64,000 nucleotides of DNA, from assembly GCA_004764695.1 (NCBI GenBank), contig SMSO01000033.1, forward strand, positions 1,550,001-1,614,000, read 5' to 3'. The notes beneath the pieces were generated by a model. It was not told the DNA's origin. It worked only from the letters and a program-made list of their open reading frames with translations, and did no database searches. The position numbers and the translations under genes are program-made. Source of the stretch: Schizochytrium sp. TIO01. Its lineage: Eukaryota; Protista; Bigyra: Labyrinthulomycetes. Below are positions 1 through 13,046 of the stretch, in pieces (position 1 is the stretch's first letter; every line of letters starts with the position of its first letter).

Positions 1-1919
1 TTCTCAATTATTGATTAGAATCGACGCGTACAAACTGAAGTTCTGTTATTATTCTTAATGTTGCTATTATATATTTAGATTCCTATTTCTAACTACTCTG
101 AGGGGCATGGACTTTTCTCGATAATGCACGAATCAACATAGATGAAGAGATCATGGCCCTAGCTACTTATTGATGTTTACTTGCTAGAACCCCACACTAC
201 TCCAAGTTACAAAAAAACTAATCGTACCTAAATCACTCTGCCATTGTGCACCTCTCTCTTATTTTGCCTGCTTCATCAAAAAGTTGAGTAGATCTCTTTT
301 TTTTAAAGCAGAGAGCTGCAGACTATCTAGTTGAAAGCAAAAGGCAAAATACGAGGGGCAAACGCCAAGGATTTATTGAGCTGGGCAACAGCGCAGTTAC
401 AGTAGGAATTCAACGAGAAAAATAAAATTGTTGACTCTGGTTTGCCAAAGGCACTTAGACTAGGTGTTTCCATTCCATTTGGACCCTGGAGCCTCGCAAG
501 AAGATGTATCTCATTTTGCGCCTTACTGGCAAAGGAATAGTGCCTGAAACAAAACAGTGATCTAGAAGAGATGCAGCAAATTGACAATAAAACTGATAAC
601 TAACACAGGGCGAGAACCAATTATTATCGACAAAATCAGGCTCACCGCGTGTTAGATACAATGAGAAGGCAATGTGACATGATACGCGACTCATCAACAC
701 TTCATGAGGGCCGGGCCTACTGCCATGTGTGTTTTGGTGTTAAGATTATCTTCACTATCTATCAACGGAAAAGAGGTCCATCAACGGATCTTTCTTTCCT
801 TTTTATTGTGGAAGTCAGTATTTAAATTAAATTGCACGTAAATTTGGGTTGATTGGTTGGACTACATGAACAAAATTCAATCAAGATACTAGCCGGTGTT
901 CGCTCTGAATTAAAGTAGTTTAGATTTTCAGTGAGGAGAAAGACTCTTGTTCTATATAAATATTTTCTTCTTATTTTATTATGTGTGTGGTTGCAATAAA
1001 AAGAAAATGAAAAATTTGTAATATAAAACTTGGGAGAAATATTGTTTATGCTTTGTCAACCTTGGAACTATCAGCTAGATCATTTGTCGCATTTGTTATT
1101 TTCTGAATGGACTCAATCGTCATAACTGGGAACTAAGGTTGCAGAATCTTTTGGGGGAAACCGCTATGCTATTGCGGTTGAAGTGTTTTCATATTTAGAC
1201 AAAGGGAAGCAGAACTCATGTATCATGAATGAAATCAAGTATTTGAGGATGTTCAGAAGCCCCCTCTTGCGCGCGCTGGACTTCCCAAGTTATATTCAAC
1301 AATAAGAATGCAAGGAAGTTTGTGTTCCATCTCTTGATTGATTTAACAAGGGGAAATGAAGGCCATAGAAATAGGAGGGGGGAAAATAAAAAATTATTCG
1401 TTGGCTCAACACACTGTGCTTCCCACGACAGATCCTGCTCTTTAGAGTACGAAGAAGTAATAGATTACACCCCCCCCCCAAAAAAAAACAAAAAAAAACA
1501 ACACACATCAACGAAGTAATAGAACTAGGAAGCTCGAGTCCGGGTTGGGTTGCCAATTTACATAATATTTAAAATAAACACTTTCATATGCGACAGTTCG
1601 CGCACAATGAATGTGACTAAGAACCACGAGAACACTAAGAGACTTTACAAGGCACGTTAGAAGTTACAAGAGTATCAATTACAGATCTCCTAACGGTAGT
1701 ATCTGGCACTAATAAATCGTTTCATTGTTAAAGAAGTGAAAGTCGAGGGAACCTCATTTTAGGCCCTTGCAAACTTGCATCACCAGAGCGCACAAGCTTT
1801 GGATTCAAAGCAGACGCCAACCAAGACACCTTGTCTTGGTGGCATCAATCCATTGCGCACGTGCGAGGCTCTTGACTCTCTATCAGTAGTATCTGACGTC
1901 TCTAGCTGCGTCCGCAACC

Positions 1920-4109
1920 ATGAGGATCATTCAAGCTACTGTGATCTGTGTTTGCTTTGCTTCACTACTTTCGTCATCAAATGCAGATGTAGAAGCCTTT
2001 TGCGAAGATTACAATGCTGCCAACCCGATCTCCTCACTTAGCTCATTATCTAACAATTCAGCTGTTCAAAGTAGTGTGGAGACGCTTAATGCTGGTGTTG
2101 ACGTAGCGAATGCCGAAGCTGATAAGCTTGTGGCAAAACTTCAATCATATCGTGGAGAAAACCAACTTCTGGTATTCATTGAAAGCGGTATGGAAAATGA
2201 GAATGAATTCTTAAAGGAGTATGGCATCGCCATGGTGCCATTTGCGGCTCCAGGAATCGCTCTCTGTATCTTCTCACTCTTATGCTGCCCATGCTGCTTT
2301 TTCTGCAGCAACCGCTGCTGCTGTCGTAACAGAAAGAATGCCGACGAGTACTCCCTGTTTAAGAAACTGCTGCCCATCTTCTTCTACATGCTTTTTTGTG
2401 TAATCGCATGTGCATTGGCATTTGTGGCGATCTCTAACATTGGGCAGCTTGTAGATGGCTCTGTCGGTACAGTCTGCGAATTTAACCAGCTTTCAGCAGA
2501 AGTTTACAATTTCTTTGATGAGGTTATGACACCTGTTAACCAGATTGCAAATCTCAGTGCCACCATTCTGCCTCTTGTCGCGAGTAAGGTTGAAGATACG
2601 GTAAGCATTGATACTGCATACTCAGCACTTAAAGGTACTCTCAACAACTTCACCGATGTGCTTAATGCAATTGTTCTACCTGATAATTTCAATTCATCCA
2701 CTATCGTGAGTGACATTGTCATTCAAATTGTAGGAGCCAAGAACCAACTTGAGGACATGGCTGATCCAATTATCTCGTCACTCGATGATACTCGTGAATC
2801 TGTACAGACAAGCTTCGTAGAGTCGCAAGAGACTATTGAAGAAGTTGTTGCCTCAGCTCAAGATGCTATTGAAGGGGTTTTGAGCTTTACAGATCAGCTT
2901 GATGGCTTTGTCAACCAAACGGTTGATTATACAGACAGATACCTCAGTAAAACTACGATGGCTTCATACATTTTCTTTACCAGCGTCTTTCTGTCTCTGG
3001 TGGCTGGCATTTTTGTTATCATTACATATGCGACCCCATGCAAAATGGATGATCGAGTAGGACGAGGTTGTCTTTCATGCTCATTTATTTTGAGCTACCT
3101 TTTTATGATGCTGTTGTTCTTGCTGAGTGGAGTATTTCTTCCGATTTCGATTGTTTTTTCTGACGCTTGCGTTGTCATGGACACCATTCCGTCAAACTTC
3201 TCACTGTATCTTGATGCAGTTCTTTCTGATTCTGAAAGCGATTACTACGGATCATCTTTGGACTACAACAGCTCAAGCTCAGGCGGTCTTGGAGATCTCG
3301 ACGTCACAACAATTCTGTCGGAGTGCTTTGAGGCGTCTCCCCCGGGAATTCTTACTCTCCTTGGTATGTCTGACCAACTTGATTTTACAAGTGCTTTTGA
3401 TGCTTTGCAGGGAGATAACTTGATTGACACAGAGAGCCTGGACTTCACCGAAATTTCGGACCTGGGGCTTGAAGTGGATGCTCTCGACCGATCTTCCTTT
3501 GGACTAACCCCGCAAGACATTAGTGATGTACTTGCCCATTTGAATGACTACGCAAGACCTTACTGGAGTGGCACTGGTAGCTTCCAAAACTATACCCTTG
3601 ATGATTGTACTCCAACAGATACTTGTGACCGTACATGTACAGCATCTAGCACCTGTGCACCAGAAAGCGACTTCTCAGGAGAGGATACCTCAACACTTGA
3701 TGATCTTCGTGATGCAGTTATGGATGTTGCAGTTGCTGCTACCCAACTTGATACCATTATTGAAGATATTCAAGATTCCATGGAAGCTGTTACAAATAGC
3801 ACAGCAAACTTTACAAATGAGATCATTGCATTGAATGCTACATTTGCAGAGATTCAGGTTGATGTTCAGCCCCTTTTCGACGAGGTTGAAATTTTGAAAA
3901 CTGCTGGAAACTGTAGTTTTATTCCAGACGTGTACTATGGCATTTACGATGAATTATGTGAAGCCACACTTCAACCTGCAATTGCTCTTGCTTTAATTTT
4001 GTTCTTTATAGCTATTTGTGGTATTCCCATGATCATTACTAGTCTGTACATTCACACAAGATTGTATGGTTCCAAGAAAGACGCGACAGTCTGGGCTGAC
4101 GAAGCGTGA
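1920..4109 (+). CDS. Prominin/Tweety-like pentaspan membrane glycoprotein (729 aa)
   Basis: Signal peptide (MRIIQATVICVCFASLLSSSNA); TM1 followed by Cys cluster CCPCCFFCSNRCCC; TM2; large helical extracellular loop; TM3-TM4; second large loop with N-glycosylation sequons and Cys; TM5 and short tail. This is the prominin/Tweety topology. Confidence 0.7.
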   Translation: MRIIQATVICVCFASLLSSSNADVEAFCEDYNAANPISSLSSLSNNSAVQSSVETLNAGVDVANAEADKLVAKLQSYRGENQLLVFIESGMENENEFLKEYGIAMVPFAAPGIALCIFSLLCCPCCFFCSNRCCCRNRKNADEYSLFKKLLPIFFYMLFCVIACALAFVAISNIGQLVDGSVGTVCEFNQLSAEVYNFFDEVMTPVNQIANLSATILPLVASKVEDTVSIDTAYSALKGTLNNFTDVLNAIVLPDNFNSSTIVSDIVIQIVGAKNQLEDMADPIISSLDDTRESVQTSFVESQETIEEVVASAQDAIEGVLSFTDQLDGFVNQTVDYTDRYLSKTTMASYIFFTSVFLSLVAGIFVIITYATPCKMDDRVGRGCLSCSFILSYLFMMLLFLLSGVFLPISIVFSDACVVMDTIPSNFSLYLDAVLSDSESDYYGSSLDYNSSSSGGLGDLDVTTILSECFEASPPGILTLLGMSDQLDFTSAFDALQGDNLIDTESLDFTEISDLGLEVDALDRSSFGLTPQDISDVLAHLNDYARPYWSGTGSFQNYTLDDCTPTDTCDRTCTASSTCAPESDFSGEDTSTLDDLRDAVMDVAVAATQLDTIIEDIQDSMEAVTNSTANFTNEIIALNATFAEIQVDVQPLFDEVEILKTAGNCSFIPDVYYGIYDELCEATLQPAIALALILFFIAICGIPMIITSLYIHTRLYGSKKDATVWADEA

Positions 4110-4188
4110 TAAGGAGTGGCTTTAAGTTTCTGACTTTTGACTGCATAAATTAGACGTGGGCAGCCTCTAACAGCTGCAATACTCTCCA

Positions 4189-4210
4189 CTATGCTCGAAA
4201 TCGAGCATAG
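4189..4210 (+). other. Perfect hairpin in the 3' UTR region of the prominin-like gene
   Basis: CTATGCTCG-AAAT-CGAGCATAG, a 9-bp perfect stem about 80 nt after the stop codon. Confidence 0.5.
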
Positions 4211-4998
4211 CCTAGGTTTCTTTTGTTTTCTGTTTGTTTGGGTTTGTTTGATGTGATTTAGAGAACTTCTCCACAGTTTATTTAAACTGAAAAAATGTTT
4301 GTTTGGTATCCCGTTTATGACTGTCTTTTTGTTTCTGTTAACATAGATTGTATTCTTGCTTAGATGAAGAAATTTGCTTACGAATCATTCATTGATTCTT
4401 TATGATGGTAAACATAGTAGAACAATCTACAGCAACCTTTGTCTGTTGTTGGCAAGTTGTAATAGAAGGAATAAATAAATATAGATTTGGGGAACTAATT
4501 TGTAAGAATCATATTCTTGTTTTCTATCGAATAATATTGGCGTTTTTGCACGTGAAAGCAAAGTAATGATACGTAGTACATAAAAATTCATACATACAGG
4601 CTGACAGAAAATTTTACTCAAGTGAGAAAAATGCCAAGAACGACATCTCACGAAGGTAGTAATGTGAATGTTATCATTCGATGGAGAAACACGAAACAGG
4701 GTAGTCCCACAGAAAACCACGAAGAGCGCTAATGGACAACAAAACAAGAAATGCACTTTTTAAATTAATTTGTCTATCAACAGCCGCAGCAGCAATTGGG
4801 CTCAAAATAAAGGAGGCTTTTTTACTTCAAAACGAAGCAGTCTGGACAGGTTAAGCTCCCACTACGAGTAGACGAAATATGCGTAGGTGTCAGACCGCTT
4901 GGACGGGATAAAGTTAAGGAAATAATAAAAGTTGTGAGTAACGCCGGCAACATGGTTGCGAAGAAGTGCAAATGACATTTAAAGAATGAGGGCCTAGT

Positions 4999-6580
4999 TT
5001 AGGCAAAGACACGAATGACGGCGGCGAACACCACAGCAAGAAGAGCGCTAGGGCCCTGAAAAGCAGCAGCACTGGGCGCAGTAGGCGAAGATGTGGAGCA
5101 AGTATCGTCCTCAGAAACAGAGTCAATGCCCTGGATCTCAACAGCCTCGCCTTCATCAGCGCAAGGGGTAGTGAGCCAGCCAGTGTACAGAGGAGCATTC
5201 ACATCAGTGCAGCTGTCAGCAGAGGCAATGGTGGTCGAGTCAGCGTTAGGCTCGAGGTACTTGCGAAGGAACTGACGGCTGTAGTTTGTGAGAAGGTCAG
5301 GGTAGAGGGCGGAGACAAAGTCACGGAGAACAACGTCGGGTTCGCCAGTCTTGGCACCAAACCAAGCGGTTCCAGCCTCGTCGCTGCTAAGAACGCGACC
5401 GTAGTCATAGACATTGCCTGCACGGCCAGCCTTGGTGAAGTTAAGGAAGTAAAGAACACGGTCACGGCACTTGGGGTCAATAGTACTCGAAGAAAGACTC
5501 GTAAAGGAAGACCTCGGCGTCAGCAGCAGCAGTGAGAAGTTGGCCAAGAGTGATGTTGTCAAGGTTGTTTCCGTTGGCTGCGCCCATGGTGTAGAGCTCA
5601 GTGGTGAGCTCAGCTCCGGCAGCCATCATCAGCTCATAGTCAACAGTACCGCTCTCGCGAATGTAGTACTGGCTGACAATAGTGTCGTTGGTCAACTCAC
5701 TGCAGTCATCGCTGGTGATCGGGCTAACGTATTGGGTGGTGTAGTTGCTGACACGGTCGATGCTGAAGGCAGCCATCTTAGTCTTACCGTTAGATGCCTC
5801 CTCAGAAGCAATCTGATCATCAACCTCATCAACTGTGCAGTTGTAACGAGCTGTGACGGCGTCGTATACATCTTGGGCAGCCTGCTCACGGTTGAAGAAG
5901 AGAGAGAAGAATTTAATCCACTCGAAGGAGGCGAGGGGGTCATCCTCAGAAGAAGCCTTAGTGTAATAGTGGGGGATGCTAGTGTCAAAAGATGTGTAAG
6001 ACGAAGAGTAGAACACAAAGTCAACATCCTGGTTGGCCTCGCTGATAGTGGTGCTATCGTAGAGTTCGCCAGCTTCGTAGAGCTCGATCAGGCAATCGTC
6101 GGTGATGTATCCCCAGGAAGAGACATAGTACATGAGACTGGTGCGCTGGTTGATGTACTCGAAGAAGGCAAAGTTCGTCGAAGAGTCCACACCGACGGCT
6201 TTCACCGGGATGGACACGACTTGGGTAGTTTCGTTGGTCTCCACATCGGGAGCAGGCGTACCACAGAGATACAAGTAAGTGGTGACTCCTTGGGAATCAG
6301 TCACAACCTTGTAGTTCTTGTGGTACGTCACGTTCCAGTATGCACTCAGCTCGGGGTACACCTTGGTGGGGAAGTAGTCGGTGTTGGCATCGTAATCACC
6401 ATCACAGACACACGAGCGGATCTCGCGGTTAGCAAAGTAGTTCTTTGCGTTGGTCAAGTCTCCAAGCACAACCAGGACCATGGCCATGAGGTAGACACGG
6501 AGCACCTTGTACGAAGCAAAGTGCACCGGGAAGGTCCAGCGCGGAGCCTTCTGGTTCTCATTCATCATGCTCACACCCAT
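4999..6580 (-). CDS. Periplasmic-binding-fold (BtuF/FepB-like) protein, cobalamin acquisition protein CBA1-like, probably GPI-anchored; split by a +1 frame break near 5477-5487 (about 526 aa when joined)
   Basis: ORF 5477-6685 has WNVTYHKNYKVV..YLYLCGTPAP and EDDPLASFEWIKFFSLFFNRE. ORF 4999-5562 continues with GNVYDYGR..GTAWF..EPDVVLRDFV and a hydrophobic GPI-type tail. Both halves share strong codon bias. Likely ATG at 6580 (ACAAAATGG). The CBA1 assignment rests on remembered family motifs. Confidence 0.7.
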
Positions 6581-8841
6581 TTTGTATTCACCACTAATGG
6601 TATTGTCAAGCGTATCTCCAAAACCTCCCGCGTGTGCTAACGCAGGCAGCCGAGTTTGCGATTTGCAGCTCTTCGAAGTCACCAATGCTCTTACGGCTTA
6701 GAATGGTGCCAGCCATGCTTTAGTATAATATAGGACTCCACTACCCGAAATTCTATCATCGACCATTGTTGGAGGGGACAGGGCGAACAAATCAAAAACA
6801 AAAAACAAAAAACAAATTAAAACATTTTTAATCACATTGGTATGTATAGTTAGCTAGTTACTACAAAAAAATTAAAATAATTACAGAATAAACAATAGAA
6901 TCAAAAGAAATAATAAAAATAAAAGAGACGCAAAGAGATGCAAATTATAGGCTTCTTGAGCAGTGAATTGTAGGGAGGGACTCTTTACTCCTTCCGAGAG
7001 AGGGCCTTCGATCTGCATTGCGAAGAGGGAAAACTAATAAAAGGACGTCGTCCTTCGAGTTCTTCCTTCCTTCCTTCCTTCCTTCCCTCACTTCTATTCT
7101 TACAACTTTTATTTCATTTAAAAGATCTATCTGCAGTACCAACCACCACAAATAACCCTACCTAGCTGATACTCGTACTGTTTGCTAACTGCTACTTCCA
7201 AGGCATTCCTTTTTTGCAATTCTTAGATAAAATAAAATAGATGAAATAAAATAGTAATTAAAGAAATAAAGAATAAAAAACTAATAAAAGAAATTCAATT
7301 TCTAGCCTTTAAAAACTTTATTTAAAAAATCAGACTAACAGAAAAAAGTCGAAGACTCTTGACCACAGGGCCGTAGTCTGCTTCAGAAACCGCGGATCAG
7401 GCTACATATAAGTCCCGATGGAGCTGTTGCTGAGCGCATAACGACCCTTCTTAGCTCTAAAAGCTGATCTACGGCCTGACTTGAGGGCCCCGAGATGAGG
7501 AGAAAGGGCCCGACTCGAGAGCTTTTGCTCGGGATCTTCGATGTTTTTTCTTCGGTTCTCTCCATGTGGAAGATTTCGGCGCCACTTATTCTTTCTTTTT
7601 TATTTATTTATTTCTTTTTTCCCCTAGCGCCTAGACCACAATTTCTCCTCCCATTGTTAGCTGCATCCCAGTTTTAGTGTAATCATTGATTGTTTTTGAA
7701 AGTTTTAAAGATTAAAAATAAAATAGAATAAAACATTGAAGATGAGCGCAACGAATGAATGCATTTCTCTTCTTCTCTCTCTGTGACGTTTCTTTGTCGT
7801 TCGCGTTGAGTGCAATGCAATATTGCAGATGAGAGCTGCTTTGAGCTAAGAAGGGCTGCGTGCTTAGTAAGCGGCCGTCGACGATGACCATAGGTTAGGC
7901 TTCGGCTTCGAGACCAGTCTTTCCACAGCATTCTCTATTCGAAGCCTGAGCTTTCATTGTCTCCATCCATCGCAGAGTTGCGGAGTGGAGTGCTCTTTCT
8001 GATTACATACTATGTGCATATATATCATCTGCAGTACAAAACTTTTGGGGCTAAAGTTAATTTACAGTGGATCTTCGGAATGATGAAGCAAAAGCAAAAA
8101 CAAACAAAAAGCAGGAAAAGGAAAAAGAAAGAAGTCATAACAAGAAAGCACGTCACACAAAGCGACGAGAAATGAACAGATTTGCCTTTCTTTTTGTATC
8201 ACATAACTGAGCACCAAACTCGGACGGAGCTGCCCCAAAACAGGCTTTTGGCTTCCCATGCTCAGCGAAAGTTGAGCTTTAGTGCACAACTGCAGCAAAT
8301 TCATCATTAGCTTGTGCGTATCGATCGTGAAAGAAAGTGCCATTCATCTCGCCGCTTATCAATCGATCGATTACAGCAAAAAACTATAAACCATGACAAA
8401 TTTGTGGTGAGCATTTCCTTTCTTCCTTGTAATCCGAAGCTGCGAAACTAAAAGGGATCGGCGGAGGTTGTTTCGGGTTTCTCAAGCAATTCTTTTCAGA
8501 ATCTCCGCGAAAGCCGCCCCAACCTCTCAACCAATCTTAAGCTCATACTCGGCTCTCTCTCTTCAATCGTGCCTTTCGAGCATCCTATCGGACTGGACTG
8601 ACTTGAGACCTCGTCTCTTTAGCTCCTTAGTCACTCAATCATTCATTCATTCATTCAATCTCTTTCCCGCTTTTCCAGGCCCAGCCACAGAGGGACGGTG
8701 TACTATAGTCTCTGCAGCAATCAGAACTGCTGTCCTCTTTGATTCTTTATCGCCTATGTTTTCATTTCCTTCTTTGAGTTTCAGGCGGATAATGGAGTAT
8801 TGCAAAAAGAAGCAATGATTAACTTGCCCTGAATAAATGTA

Positions 8842-8865
8842 TATGTATGTATGTATGTATGTATG
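8842..8865. repeat. (TATG)6 microsatellite
   Basis: Read directly from the sequence. Confidence 0.9.
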
Positions 8866-10845
8866 TATATATGGGATGTGAGCGTTTGAGAAATGCAAAA
8901 GAAAATGGCACGCGACTGCTCGGGAGTTGAAGGAGAAATACTCAGTCGAGCTCGAAAATAGCCCTTCGGTCGCCGCGGTCCCTTGTGCCAGAGCCTGCAG
9001 AAGGGCCGCAGAGAGGCCCAAGCGGGCTCCAAATCCACGCTCGAACGAGGCGGTTCCGATGCGTGTGCGGGAAATCGTAGGTTTCGAAGCGACGATTATC
9101 AAAGCAAAGAAGGGGCCTCGTGACTTAGCTATAGCTAGTTAGTTACTAGTTACTTAGTTGGTTAGCAGTAGTTCGCGAACGCGTCCTTTTCTTTCTTGAT
9201 GGGCCTCTGCTAGGACCCTCTTAGTGTAAATAGGGAAAGTGGGACGGGAAAGAACTTTGGCCCTCTAGTACATACTATGCAGTGATACTACCAGTAGTTA
9301 AAAATAAATAAATTACTATTCAAGAAACGCAGTGCCTTAGGAGCTTTATCTAAGGCGCGCTTACGCAGCAGCTTGTATTTGATTCTTCTTAGAAATATAT
9401 TATTTTGTTTAAATAAACAATTGTACATTGTAAGAGTAATAAACACATCGATTCATTTTTAATAATTGAAAGTTATAAAAGTAAACATTTTAATTACCAG
9501 AGGAATTGAGTGGACGTCTACGCTCGTGCGTTAATCAATCTCTTTTCTCTCGTGCTGCGTCGGACGCCATGATAATATTAGTCAGCGACGGCAAACGTTG
9601 TTCACTCGATCGATCGTGCGGCGAGAAATGATTGGGTTTTCAGGACGCAACGGAAAAGTTGATCCAATTGCAATTCTTCTTTGGATTTTGCTGCGATCAT
9701 CATCATCATCATCAAAGAAAAGAAACCCCCCCAAAATTACCTACTACTGCTACTGTTCTGGATAGCTCCTAGATACCATTGTGTCCATAGCATACAACAA
9801 TCCTAACTGCGCTAGTAAGTGCTGGGAACTAGGAACTACTAGTCAAAGTGACTGCTAGATCTGTGTTTTCACAGTGAGGATTCCGCTTTCGCTCTCCATG
9901 AATTGTGCTACCATCCACTCCATGGTATCCACAGAGTCTCGCAATTCCCAGCAGCGTGAGCCCCTCCGCAACGCCAAACGTTTGAATGATACGCGTCAAA
10001 GCTTATAAACAACCGGCGCGAAGCACTGTTTATGCGGGTGAGCCTGCATTAATCAGCTTTCAGGGCCAGTCTGACCTTCAAGAGCAGTAGCAGCCATAAT
10101 TGACTTCAGTTAATATAAGGATATGAGTAAATAATGTTTATAATAATAATATTAAAAAAAAAGAGATTAAAACATAACTAATAACAATAATTAATATTAT
10201 TATTAAATAATAATAAAAGCATATAGTATAAATGATTATGCGCTCAACAGCCAAAGCTCCGAGAAAAGAATGAGATGATATTGCAGTGCTGATATTGAAT
10301 TTTTAGCTGTGGCTGCGATAACCACCTTATCCATGTAACAAGCAGAGCCTGATGAACCAACTTGATGCCTCTTTGTTTGTTATTTGTCCAGTTTCATTTC
10401 TTCGTTTGTTCGTTCGTTCCTTTGTGTGTTTGTTCGAATGATTTTGGATGGAGTACTGTGTGGTGATGAAGAATGATGACGATGGTAATGCTAGGTAGGG
10501 ACTAGGCACTGCTGGTAGCTTTATTTTTCCCGCAAGAAGGCTGGAAAGGAAAACTTTTTAGGTATCTAGAACTTGAAAGAAGAAGATGATGGCGATGACG
10601 ATGAATTCAATCAAATGATTCATTTGATTGGATTTTGGAAAGGCGAAGGGAGATCTAAACAGTGAATTTCAACCCTGCATAAGCTGGGACTCGAAGAGTG
10701 ATGAGCTAAATAGAAGAGTTCAAGAGCATCTCTCTTTCTGTTTCGCAGAAACAGCGACGCTACATCAAATCCCCCTTCGGCGAATGGTACGTTAGTTTTG
10801 TTTTTTCCTTTGTTTCTAAAATGTTTTATTTTAAATTTTAAAGGA

Positions 10846-10850
<5 letters not shown>

Positions 10851-10877
<27 letters not shown>
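10851..10877. repeat. Poly(A) tract, 27 nt
   Basis: Read directly from the sequence. Confidence 0.9.
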
Positions 10878-10878
<1 letters not shown>

Positions 10879-11648
10879 CACCATGACTACCCGTTAAAAA
10901 CGTATTAAAGAAATGACTTGGAATTAAATAAGCTAAATATCCTTCTTTGGAACAAAACCCAACACTGATTCGACTCTTCTATATTTGCTGCGCTCCAAGT
11001 TCACTATATCCTCATTACTGTTTCTGGTGCAAGTGGCGCCGAAGACGTTCGTCAAAATGTCCACAATGCACTGCTCTCGCGAAGGAGACTCACAAAGCAA
11101 ATCATTCGTCTCGCTACATTGATTGAAGTAGTTTCGCAATATCTTTCCCATTATTTTGTGACAGCCATTTTTATATTCTCTAGAGAATCGCAAAAGCGAT
11201 CGCAAACATCTCCTGTAGCAACTAATGGGACGCAGAGAGATGCCGCTTAATCGTTAGGTTGACTATCTGTGGTCCTCGTTCGACTCTTATTTATCTTATT
11301 TATTTGCCTTCTTTCATTCCTCTGAAGAAAGAGAAAAACCTTTTTAATGTAAATGATGCATGCATGTATTTACGCTTCTTCACATACAAACAGTACAACG
11401 CACGGAATCAGTGGATATTAGGTACATGCTGTAAGATCAAACACGAAGCCCACCTGCTTTGCTCAGAAAGCGAACGCAGGGAGGAGAGGGTCAGGATTGC
11501 GGCTGCAATTTCATGGAAACTATACAGCCGGATCTGATGTGGCGTAGAGCCTGCGGAGGTCTGTTGGCATGGAGAGCTTTATTTTACATTCCGCTGTTTG
11601 CTTTCTTTGCTTCTACCTACTTCATATGCGTCTCCTACTCGTGATTAA

Positions 11649-11650
<2 letters not shown>

Positions 11651-11680
<30 letters not shown>
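11651..11680. repeat. (TAA)10 microsatellite
   Basis: Read directly from the sequence. Confidence 0.9.
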
Positions 11681-11683
<3 letters not shown>

Positions 11684-13046
11684 TATATTATTTTTTTTGA
11701 AGAAGAATTTTAGCATAAAAAGGGTAAAAATGGCTCCAATGAAAAGATCTCCTTAATTGTTACATGCATATCTACCCACCATGTATGAATAAGGCTGAGA
11801 TAAAGAGTCAACTGCTCTGTCGCGTGCTCTTTCCTCTTTCCCCAATAAGAGGTAGCGACTAGCCAACTAGCTAACTAGCCCGTTAGCGGCAAGTCTTCTT
11901 TGAAAGGAATAGAGCTTTTCCTTATAGTTAGTCCTTTTCCATCGTTTCACAAGAGTTTGAAGAAGCCCAAAGGTACTCCTCCGTAGTACGTTTTGATAAT
12001 ACCGATGGAAACCGATGCTCACGAGCGCCAGTCGGCGCTAGTCAGCGGATGGTAGGGGGTTCAATAACACGAATTGTAGATCAGTCAGCAGAACTTGAAG
12101 GTCCTTGAGACCTTTAGTCCAGGAATTCATTTGTTTGCGCTTGAATAAGAATCAATTGAACATACTTGACCGAAAATTGCATGTATGGAAGAGGGCTCGG
12201 CCGTATCGCTACATTTTACCCAGACTACTGATTTCTTTGCAAACTAAATTTGGCGCGCTCTTTTTGAGGCAAATCAACTGTGAAACAAAGTAGATACCGA
12301 TCAACCTAGGTTCTATTAAGCTTTCAAGAATATCTGCCTAGGTTGGGCCAGAGACTAACTTAAGCTTGCGAAAGCGCTAAATCGAAGAAGAATGTGTATT
12401 ATTGTTGTCCCCTTTTCTATTTCAGAGGGATTCAATAAAGGAGAGCTCTTTTGGCGGACAAATGGATCACTGGATTTGGCTGCGGCTACTCAGCAGTGAG
12501 CCGGGAACGGCCAGCAAAAGTTGAAGAGCGGAAACCTTGGAAGTGAAAATCTATGATTTCTGAAAGCTGCCGAATGTAAATTTCATCAACAAAACCAACA
12601 GAAACACATCTCAATAGTTCACTTTACCTGCTTGGATAGTGACTATTACACATCAACACACAGAGGTAAGATAACCAGGGTCGTGCCGAGAAAAGTAATA
12701 CAATGATGGTAATTCGTCTGCCTGTGCACTTGTGCTTTAAGTTCTCATATTCTCTAGGCCCCTACTTTTAATACCTGAGATGATTTGCTTTGCTATTACA
12801 TTCGTTTTAATCTATGATCATTAACAATGTGTCCCTGTGCATAAGGGACGAACTTGAAGAAAGCAATCGCAGAAAAGGAGAAGGGCCAAGCGATCCCTGG
12901 CTACCGCCGCTGAAAGTATCGCTAAGAATAGAGAAGGGCATGTTTCCTCGCAACCAGCGAATTCTGAAACCTGCACATCAGGCAACTTTCCATCATTAGC
13001 GGCTGGCTATCTCTGCCGGAGTCTCATGCACTATGAAAATACTGCC

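Noticed and set aside
5477-5479. Selenocysteine or readthrough at the TGA
   Set aside because: The continuation is in a different frame, and the same frame hits another TGA within five codons
5473-5515. Tiny introns as the explanation of the two frame breaks
   Set aside because: GTAC..AG candidates are 17 and 11 nt (wrong phase). The phase-correct options (43 nt here, 37 nt at 47044-47080) have poor donors (GTCTTC, GTCCGA) and remove coding-like sequence. Not fully excluded without RNA-seq.
5471-6640. 389-aa plus-strand ORF
   Set aside because: Antisense shadow of the codon-biased CBA1-like gene; no family motifs
6581-7700. Possible cobalamin riboswitch upstream of the CBA1-like gene
   Set aside because: No B12-box or other core riboswitch motifs seen on the sense strand in the proximal upstream region
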